Part shown: piece after piece, positions 57,301 to 64,000 of the stretch
Numbering within the stretch: position 1 is the first letter of the stretch
How the letters are laid out: every line of letters starts with the position of its first letter
Origin: a virus
Taxonomy: Duplodnaviria; Caudoviricetes
DNA: 64,000 nt
Virus record (IMG/VR): IMGVR_UViG_3300028833_000068
Span: 1-64,000 of that record
Strand: one strand, 5' to 3'
The notes under the pieces: model-generated
The model's database searches: none
The model's input: the letters and a program-made list of their open reading frames with translations, nothing else
Told to the model about the DNA's origin: nothing
Made by a program: the position numbers and the translations under genes

Positions 57301-60300
57301 GTAGCTGGCGTGTGAACTCTTAAACCAAAATCTGTAACATAAAGTCCATCTCGATGCATATAGAATGCATCACTGCACAGATACTCATTTATATTGAGTT
57401 CAACAGTATTTGTGCTTTCTTCATTATCGTCTTTAGACACTGATACATAGATATTGGCAATGTGTTTGTATTCTGTTTTAAATAATTCATTACTTCCATA
57501 TACATAGAATTTACCAATACCGTATCCTAGTTCTTCACTAGTTGTCACATATTCTACATTTGTAATGTCAAATCTATAATTGTCAATAAATAAGTCACTG
57601 AATTCTATAGTGCCATTATAATGTTCGCAGATTCTTTCAATCTGAGCTTGTTTTGAGACAGCATCTTTTGCCAAATCTTCATAATATTTAGTACCTAATG
57701 GAGTGCCTATTGCACTAATTGTTATTTTTGGCATTTCCAATCTGACTCTTTCTATCAATGACCTTCCATTATAATCAACAACACGTAAGTTATATGTTCC
57801 ATTTTCTAGAAGTTCACCATTCGTATATGCTGATATTGTATATTCATTGGTCTCATAATCATCTCCAAAATTAACCAATTTGCCAAGAGAAGTATATAGA
57901 CGATATGAATATGGGATTTCAATATCATCTGAAGTAAATTTTATATATCCTATTGCATCATCTTCCTTCTTGTATTCTACTGGACAATATGATGCACCTC
58001 TTTTCTCTATTTCTAATGTAAATGGGTATTTAGTATTTTTGAAACATCTAGCTGAGAACATCTTATTAAACTTCTCAATTGCAGTATTACCTTTTTTAAC
58101 ACCAAAATAGAAATAGAATGAGTTGTTATATAATGGCATAGAATTATCATCTATATAGAACTGTCCTTCACCATTAAAATTTGATTTACCTTGAACGTCA
58201 CCCAATCTAAAGTTAATATATGCTTCATCAGCATCATCACTCATTACTTGTTTAAAATTACCATACTTATAACGTTCAGTAAGTACCTTCATTCTTCCAT
58301 CTAAGTCAGTTGGATACAAATACTTAAACTTTGGTATATAGTAATTGGTATTTTCGTCTAATACTTGTGTTGTATAGAAACTATCATTTCCATAATTCTT
58401 TCTGAGTTTGTTTTGATAAGTTTGTGGAATAAAACCTAGATGGTTCATTGTTGCAAACATTGCACGATTTTCCGTATCATCAAGTTCATACTTGGTGATA
58501 AGCCCATCAGTTTCAAATGTTCCTTCCTTAAAACCAGATGATGTGGGATATTGTACACTATATGACATATCTAAATTCATTCCAAGCTCACTCAATCGTT
58601 CAACATTTATGCAAGACTTCGCCTTGGTATCAGCATATGTACATTCAAGATTCATGAATAGACCATTCTTATAACTAGGAGGTCCACCTTCATCCCAATC
58701 AACCCAATCCATGCCAGTTGTCATAGAAGGACCACTTGTGTCGCCAGAGTCAGACAATGTATTTTTAGAATTTTTTTCTTCTTCAGTATCATCTACTGCA
58801 TCATGTATTGTTGCAATTGGAGGTATATTAGCAGTTGTAGATGGCAATGCATTAAAGAATTGAGGTAATCCATATAAGTTATCCTCATTTAAATTACCTA
58901 ATAATATTATATCTGTTGCAAATAATCTAATTGCTTCAAACCCTTCATTCTCATTAACTCCTTTTCCTATTGCCTCATTGGTAGGATTTAATGCCGTATA
59001 GTAATATGCAGTCAAGCCATCCTTATTTGTCACACCTTTAATAAGACCATTTGAAAACCCCACCATAGTAGCATGAGACTTTCCACGATGCCATTCATCA
59101 TCACTTTCTGGGATGTTTCCACTACTTAATTTAAGTTTCTTGTTGTTATAAATGAAACTACAAGTAAGATATGACTTCATTCTAGAATAACTTCTATTAC
59201 AATCACAGAATTCATTACTAGCGGGAGTAGAGAACAGTCCAAACAAGAAGCTCTTCTTTCTTCTCTTTCTCCAATACCACAATGGCATATAAAGAGACCC
59301 ATTAATCCAATCTTGGAAGAAATCTAACTTAACAATCTTATAATCTTGTGCCAATTTTTGCTGCACTAAGTCCATAAGAACAGACACACTTGCTCTTTTA
59401 TTGCAGTTTTCCATTCCTTCTGGACAATCAGATGCGTCTAGACTATCATCACCACATCCTGGATAGAATGCAGTGTTATCATCACTAAGTCCAGCGCCTA
59501 ATGATATGCACCCAATTAATCCTATATGCGCCCAATTAAACACACACCCAAGGAAAGGTATGCAAATGTTAAGTATCGAATTTAAAATGTCAATAATAGT
59601 ATTGATTACACCAATGATAAATTTGTTAATGAACCATACAATAAGTGCAATTAAATTAAATATAATACACACAACAGCATACATAAATGGTATGTCAATT
59701 CTTAACTTATTAAATGGTACGGGATTTTGGTCATCTACCAAGTTACTACCTTTCAGACCAGTATAGTTAGGCGAATGGGGCCTATGTGCAACTTGGGTCT
59801 TAGGAATATAGTTCTTTACACTATATACATTATTCCAATAAAGGTCACGGAAACAATCCTCTGGTGTTGAAGAACCAAAGGTATACATTTTTTCAATATA
59901 TTCACTATTTTCCACTGTTGTTGGTTTATCCCCAATCAACGTAGGATTCATTGGAACTAGATACTTTGCAGTATGGCGTGAATGCCCCTCGTCTCCAGTT
60001 TCTAGTTTACTAAATCTGAACCTTACTTGCGTTCTAGTTGGAATACCCTTATTTGGATTATCTGTTGGTACAATATTACCATATTCATCAGTGCCTATAA
60101 AGTCTAAGTTCATTGGAATTTGATAACACCATACTCCATTTGTATCAATTAACTGATTTCCTTGGATAGAATATTCTTCAACCAATCCATCTTGTGTCTT
60201 GCGAATCATCTCAATTGTACCTTCACCAGCAATAAGTTGGCTATTCATTCCATTATCTTCACTTGGTGAACATCTATGACCAATTGAATTACCCTCATTG

Positions 60301-61076
60301 TCTGATATAATTGAACCCATAAACACGCAAGTAGGCTCAAACTTATATTGAATCTGAACATCACAGCGTGTAATAGCCGCAATACCATTATCTAGGTTCA
60401 TATCACCCCAAAATGGATAGACAAACACACTTTTGTTTTGTGAGAACAATTGTGCCAAACCATCTAAATTAGTACTTTCCTTAAATTGTCTAGGACTATC
60501 GAACATTGTCATACTATAACCCTTATATTCAAAATCAGTAGGGGTTTGGGAAAGAATGCCTATATCAGATAAATCCATGTCAACGTGTAACTGCTGATTT
60601 CCACTAGGAACACCAAAAAGCATATAGTCACCAGCGTTATTTGTAACGGTGGTGAACTTATAATATTTGTCAAATATTTCTAATTGAACATTATCATCTA
60701 GTATTAACCTTTTATTTGGAAACGTACCAACAATTCTGTAACAATCATCGTCACTGTCACTTGGAAGAAGGTTGTATCTTCTTCCATCTTTGTCTTTATC
60801 CATCACTTCTTGATATGGATAAAGCGATTCCATATATGTTGGGTCATTCTTATCTCTTTCAATGAATATAGAAACCCTTGCATTTGGAATACCAAATGCA
60901 TCATTTGCAAGAACTCTTCCAACTATAACACCATAATTGGAAGAGTGTAATCTGTAAGCATCTACTTGAGATAAACTCATGGTTAATACGTTAAGAAACT
61001 CATAGTCTTGTGACATATTAACATTCAAAACAGTATCGCTTACAATATTTGTGTGTATTCTATAATTTTTTTCCAT
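54369..61076 (-). CDS. very large putative tail/baseplate protein with an internal hydrophobic segment
   Basis: 2235 aa; N-terminal carboxypeptidase-regulatory-like (GRV...GIPNARVSIF...TTVTNNAGDY) domain; TM-like stretch near aa 460-520. Confidence 0.65.
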   Translation of the reverse strand: MEKNYRIHTNIVSDTVLNVNMSQDYEFLNVLTMSLSQVDAYRLHSSNYGVIVGRVLANDAFGIPNARVSIFIERDKNDPTYMESLYPYQEVMDKDKDGRRYNLLPSDSDDDCYRIVGTFPNKRLILDDNVQLEIFDKYYKFTTVTNNAGDYMLFGVPSGNQQLHVDMDLSDIGILSQTPTDFEYKGYSMTMFDSPRQFKESTNLDGLAQLFSQNKSVFVYPFWGDMNLDNGIAAITRCDVQIQYKFEPTCVFMGSIISDNEGNSIGHRCSPSEDNGMNSQLIAGEGTIEMIRKTQDGLVEEYSIQGNQLIDTNGVWCYQIPMNLDFIGTDEYGNIVPTDNPNKGIPTRTQVRFRFSKLETGDEGHSRHTAKYLVPMNPTLIGDKPTTVENSEYIEKMYTFGSSTPEDCFRDLYWNNVYSVKNYIPKTQVAHRPHSPNYTGLKGSNLVDDQNPVPFNKLRIDIPFMYAVVCIIFNLIALIVWFINKFIIGVINTIIDILNSILNICIPFLGCVFNWAHIGLIGCISLGAGLSDDNTAFYPGCGDDSLDASDCPEGMENCNKRASVSVLMDLVQQKLAQDYKIVKLDFFQDWINGSLYMPLWYWRKRRKKSFLFGLFSTPASNEFCDCNRSYSRMKSYLTCSFIYNNKKLKLSSGNIPESDDEWHRGKSHATMVGFSNGLIKGVTNKDGLTAYYYTALNPTNEAIGKGVNENEGFEAIRLFATDIILLGNLNEDNLYGLPQFFNALPSTTANIPPIATIHDAVDDTEEEKNSKNTLSDSGDTSGPSMTTGMDWVDWDEGGPPSYKNGLFMNLECTYADTKAKSCINVERLSELGMNLDMSYSVQYPTSSGFKEGTFETDGLITKYELDDTENRAMFATMNHLGFIPQTYQNKLRKNYGNDSFYTTQVLDENTNYYIPKFKYLYPTDLDGRMKVLTERYKYGNFKQVMSDDADEAYINFRLGDVQGKSNFNGEGQFYIDDNSMPLYNNSFYFYFGVKKGNTAIEKFNKMFSARCFKNTKYPFTLEIEKRGASYCPVEYKKEDDAIGYIKFTSDDIEIPYSYRLYTSLGKLVNFGDDYETNEYTISAYTNGELLENGTYNLRVVDYNGRSLIERVRLEMPKITISAIGTPLGTKYYEDLAKDAVSKQAQIERICEHYNGTIEFSDLFIDNYRFDITNVEYVTTSEELGYGIGKFYVYGSNELFKTEYKHIANIYVSVSKDDNEESTNTVELNINEYLCSDAFYMHRDGLYVTDFGLRVHTPATFDIKIAQICDGKEMEGDEESYSANITTQAVTVDNGENFYAYLNTMPVKFMIDKGNEYFYPPVTNYDSTNYMPQLKHWIDVQDPASYVFPNVGETKVWQDFIGGFVDETQLTDEEDRIETLWTNRQNILLYKFEKLFNLCKATYVVGRGGENTFQYTATGGIQPTLYRSLTPCYDDTDLISTNVIYSDNNSTTVNAIYPNIVGYNYNDETKEQYKDTIRINNNYIRKIRNYIGNYFGAFSSNGMYNGNDEGDCNIFCEAIPTNATPNLTNRWKELGDDEELTTVPALAYQSGTDICKHYTNPYFRAMFVDRRLDYDLVALGPFGPDRWPLKLVEALSSDTSNERVDIELGNPRPNGGGNDTPIVIDVTEDPTVDSADLKTAKEVSDKKVQNVALFGYFYNGIEMSYEDETYNVISRTEIDENTNEEIHYNYEYDYVLTEDKADAILTPSSNLTTIKRYYEAKLGTANIVNYFVSSENYLGNQFYIDKFGNRTIQDDEKFALVYTTSGPVNGWFSGENYPAKRYINFREIDANNELRLKVSSCSFNINLKPNFEANEFTGIVSRGETLDVKLKFNQTLVPPPLWSTTMPNPNYNIKKNIAELDYGHFNYHINGYDVKSNSSASGTEYVYIEKIGTLFEYQRDTNGKYDVYVSVPRYVSIGDLTFMKKTQSYDPSMIEEWWKKLRKAAIIQPSFLKKDEGEEYGTYGENSDGYITMNGHEISISDGAFRNIHISNRGFSNRTWHDNDKGKGLTVQQMYENSQGDKEVSAISYTYKALIDSYYSQCGGLVYQYDVGSLTDSSLIVYNKDISYYMTGENYLGMCYKKKYVAKGETKLKNSIVSYEFTKFYYCGPLEVEYNIVNEGGNITIKQFDVYETKKRHTQYGDVFDRGRKIEGTISANIVFEVNVNYMHISQRYYFTQTLSIGEASTITYDGVSIPIIVVGHKWVINIDDIRLTELFVYLTTDDNIRYRFAFGESNI

Positions 61077-61314
61077 TTTCTAAATACTTTCCCAAAAACT
61101 TAGGTAACACTATTCTATGATTCCCAAAAAATATTGCATAAACTGCCCATAACATTATGATTGGCGTGAGCACTATAGCAAATCCAACTGCAATTACGAA
61201 AAATAACACCTTATAAGAATATCTCGTAACTTTCCTCATAACACTCTCTTCTTGAGGAACACCATATTTTTCCTCAAAATTTCTAGCCTTCTTACAATTA
61301 CAAGCCATAACCAT
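61060..61314 (-). CDS. small membrane protein
   Basis: Hydrophobic stretch VLFFVIAVGFAIVLTPIIMLWAVYAIFF. Confidence 0.7.
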   Translation of the reverse strand: MVMACNCKKARNFEEKYGVPQEESVMRKVTRYSYKVLFFVIAVGFAIVLTPIIMLWAVYAIFFGNHRIVLPKFLGKYLENGKKL

Positions 61315-61445
61315 TTATTAATTTTTCACCGATTTGTTTAAAAACATCTTTATCATAATCAATATAAATCATTTTTATTCCATGCTTTTCACATAATTCC
61401 TTTTTCAATTTATCTCTAAAAAAAGCACACAAAAACTGAAATAGA

Positions 61446-63449
61446 CTAACGAGTTTTTACACGACAAGATATATCAATACTAGGTTGCTTAATTTCAAAG
61501 AGTGAGTTGTAGTCAGAATATAGAACTCTATCAATTGCATCGAGGTCTATTTCCTCGCTATTCGCTGTTGGGTCTTTTGGTATAAATCCACTATCAGTAA
61601 CCACATCACAAGCTCCTCCTTGTACCTTTGTTGGTAATGGACATTTATCTGGTGAATAACCGCCATTCCAAACCTTATAAGCTCTTAATGATATAAGACT
61701 TATAACACCATCTTGCAAGGTAATCTCCTTTTCTAAATCACCAATAAAAATGTCTTCTCCCATATCATGCTTATTAACATCAAAATAACTACGGATGCTT
61801 TCAATTACATTTGAAGTAACATTTGCCACATTATAGTTCTTATCTATGAATAAATCAACTAAAAAGGCTATATTGTATATTCTACCACTCTTAATTTCAA
61901 TATAATCGTTTATTTGTTTATAATGAGACATGTATTCGATTATATTTTCTACTAGAGTTTGTGGCAAAGCAGAATCTAATTTACCTTCATTATTAAGACC
62001 TAATAAATCCATCTCAATCTTATTGTTTGTTTCAACCACACAACTTCTGAATGGAGCACCATATTTAGGGGGCATCTGTGCCAATTTTACCTTATAATCT
62101 TTGACAGTAACAGCACGATTCTGAGATGAGGTATTATATTTCATTAATGCCTTTATCTCTTCCGTAGAAGGTGCATCCTTACCAGCCAACGCTGGAGACA
62201 GATTTGTTACCTTAAGAGAATTGATTACTTCTCCTCTTCTAGTCCCATCAGTTTCTACCACATTACCACCCCAATCAATATTTGCAATAGTAATTTTATT
62301 AATTGAATCTGGTCCTAAATTGGTAGAAACACCCCCTCCAATACGATATAAAACAAACATTGTCCATCCTTCTTTTGGTAATATGCCAAGCATGTTATTA
62401 TTCACTTGTCTTGACATAATATATTCACCATATGTGCTTATACCCTCTGGCAGTGGCTCATAACCATTTCCAGCACCAAATATAATCTTCAAATATCCAT
62501 TATCAGTGAATTCTGTAATGAACTTTTGGGTTAATGGCTTCCACTTTCCAACATAATATCTAGTTGTTCTAGTAGATGCACTATTACTTCCTTCAGTGTA
62601 ATCCTCATATTTGTCTGGATTTAATGTATCGATTATGCCATCTGTTAAATTAGATTCAGTACCAAACCTCCATTGGTCTGCTAGTGAATCACATTCAAAG
62701 AAACGATATGTTTTAACTGCATTTGATGATATTCTATATTCCTCTGCGTCAATAAAATATTCATAAATACTAGGACTAGAAGTATAATCTGAAGTCTCTT
62801 TAAATATAATGGATTCAATTTCCATTACATTCTCTTCTGGTAATACAATTTCCATAAATGGTTTTAAATCAGTAGAACTAATAACTCTACGATATACTCT
62901 AGAATTACCATTAACTACAATAGTAGACTTGGAAACAGTATATCCAGTAATATTTCCATTTCCATCTCTACTTGGGACAATTTTTCTATTTGAAAAACCA
63001 TTCTTATTGAATTGTTCAGAAAAATCAACATCTTCAGTTAATTGGAAATTATAGTTTCCAGCAGAAACAATACTAGTTTGCTGAACAATGGGAGCATAAT
63101 TCCAATCTGGACGAGATATACTATCACCAGTACTAGGAGGTAAAACACAACTAAGTTCTATCTCACAAAGTGATGCCTTCTGTCCAGGTATCTTTAAACC
63201 ATTGGTTCTAGCCATATTTAACACAGTGCTTTCAAGATTTGCACTATCAATATTGGTTTCTTGATACATTCTATCAATATGATAGTTCAAATCATCACCA
63301 ACTGCTGACACAAGGTCAATAAACCATGCACCAACACTTGAATCATTGAAATCATCTGCAAGTTCTGGATAATACTTGTTGCTAAACTTTAGCAACTCAC
63401 CCTTAATATCTTCAAATGACCTACTCAAATAATTTATACCTTTTTCCAT
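61446..63449 (-). CDS. baseplate wedge protein (T4 gp6 / baseplate-J-like)
   Basis: YLSRSFEDIK, IIFGAG, YRIGGG, GKDAPSTEEIK, QNRAVTVKDY. Confidence 0.85.
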   Translation of the reverse strand: MEKGINYLSRSFEDIKGELLKFSNKYYPELADDFNDSSVGAWFIDLVSAVGDDLNYHIDRMYQETNIDSANLESTVLNMARTNGLKIPGQKASLCEIELSCVLPPSTGDSISRPDWNYAPIVQQTSIVSAGNYNFQLTEDVDFSEQFNKNGFSNRKIVPSRDGNGNITGYTVSKSTIVVNGNSRVYRRVISSTDLKPFMEIVLPEENVMEIESIIFKETSDYTSSPSIYEYFIDAEEYRISSNAVKTYRFFECDSLADQWRFGTESNLTDGIIDTLNPDKYEDYTEGSNSASTRTTRYYVGKWKPLTQKFITEFTDNGYLKIIFGAGNGYEPLPEGISTYGEYIMSRQVNNNMLGILPKEGWTMFVLYRIGGGVSTNLGPDSINKITIANIDWGGNVVETDGTRRGEVINSLKVTNLSPALAGKDAPSTEEIKALMKYNTSSQNRAVTVKDYKVKLAQMPPKYGAPFRSCVVETNNKIEMDLLGLNNEGKLDSALPQTLVENIIEYMSHYKQINDYIEIKSGRIYNIAFLVDLFIDKNYNVANVTSNVIESIRSYFDVNKHDMGEDIFIGDLEKEITLQDGVISLISLRAYKVWNGGYSPDKCPLPTKVQGGACDVVTDSGFIPKDPTANSEEIDLDAIDRVLYSDYNSLFEIKQPSIDISCRVKTR

Positions 63450-63451
63450 TT

Positions 63452-63841
63452 TTATATCTGTACTACTACACTGTCATTAGTTACCTTATTTCCTTCTGTT
63501 ACGCTATAATCTATTCTAACGTAAATTTCTGCCTCATCTTCCTCATTCTTAACAACTTGCAAGTTATTAAGCGTGATATTCGTTGCCCATCTACTCACAG
63601 AGTCTCTAACCTCATTCTTAACTGCTTCCCAAGTCACATTCTCGTTTGGGTCAAATATGTATTTGATTAAATCTGTTCCAAATTCTGGCATTCTGCATCT
63701 TTGGCCTTTAGGAGTGAAGACAATATGCATTAATTGACTCCTAACTTTTTCATTTAAATTGTTATTAACATCAACATAAAAATGTTGGAAGTCATCTCTT
63801 AAGAATGGGTATTTTATACCAAAGTACTGACGTTTAGCCAT
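63452..63841 (-). CDS. gp25-like baseplate wedge / sheath initiator
   Basis: GIKYPF...FTPKGQR..MPEFGTDL..YIFDP. Confidence 0.9.
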   Translation of the reverse strand: MAKRQYFGIKYPFLRDDFQHFYVDVNNNLNEKVRSQLMHIVFTPKGQRCRMPEFGTDLIKYIFDPNENVTWEAVKNEVRDSVSRWATNITLNNLQVVKNEEDEAEIYVRIDYSVTEGNKVTNDSVVVQI

Positions 63842-63934
63842 CGTTTTTTATGTGTTTTATTAAATTATTAACATCTAAATTATTTCTAATAATTATTTAA
63901 AAAATAACTTTTTATTCCAAATTTTAAATAAAAA

Positions 63935-63958
63935 AAGCGAGATGTTGCCTCTCGCTTT
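63935..63958 (-). terminator. intrinsic terminator
   Basis: AAAGCGAGA...TCTCGCTTT inverted repeat with an adjacent A/T run. Confidence 0.7.
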
Positions 63959-64000
63959 TAATCTATAAATTCTCTATATGATAGTTTTCTTGCCTCATTA

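Noticed and set aside
1-64000. Lak-type TAG-to-Gln recoding
   Set aside because: Genes are full length in code 11 and TAG ends complete genes such as tyrS; no CTA-anticodon tRNA was seen. The TAG in the phosphatase is explained by a frameshift, not read-through.

Overview
AT-rich segment of a large tailed (myovirus-type jumbo) phage, almost entirely coded on the minus strand. Repeated TTTG...TAnnTTTG promoters and an OmpA-like gene point to a Bacteroidota host. Bases ~1-11.3 kb form a tRNA/ncRNA island with 14 recognisable cloverleaf tRNAs (some with unusual long variable arms) and 5 non-canonical tRNA-like genes. Bases 11.8-36.9 kb carry auxiliary and host-takeover genes: TelA, SSB, NadE, TyrRS, a DUF2828/TROVE-like vWA protein, a sigma-70 factor, IF3, a macro domain, DnaJ, DnaK, phosphatases, nucleases and homing endonucleases. 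Bases 37-63.8 kb are a virion/baseplate module. The most striking unexplained signal is a family of 7 small RNA elements in the tRNA island. They share a covarying terminal stem with an ACAGCA(A/G) motif and carry different cargo: circularly permuted tRNAs in T-acceptor-D order (as in bacterial Y RNA/YrlA), a whole tRNA body, or an isolated anticodon arm. A Ro60/TROVE-like vWA protein in the same window is a candidate partner, suggesting a Y-RNA-like tRNA-mimic ribonucleoprotein system. Also seen: D-arm-displaced tRNA-Tyr and tRNA-Ile, a leader-peptide attenuator inside the tRNA island, and compensatory A19-U56 pairs. All RNA structures were folded by eye and all protein calls come from motif recognition, not searches.
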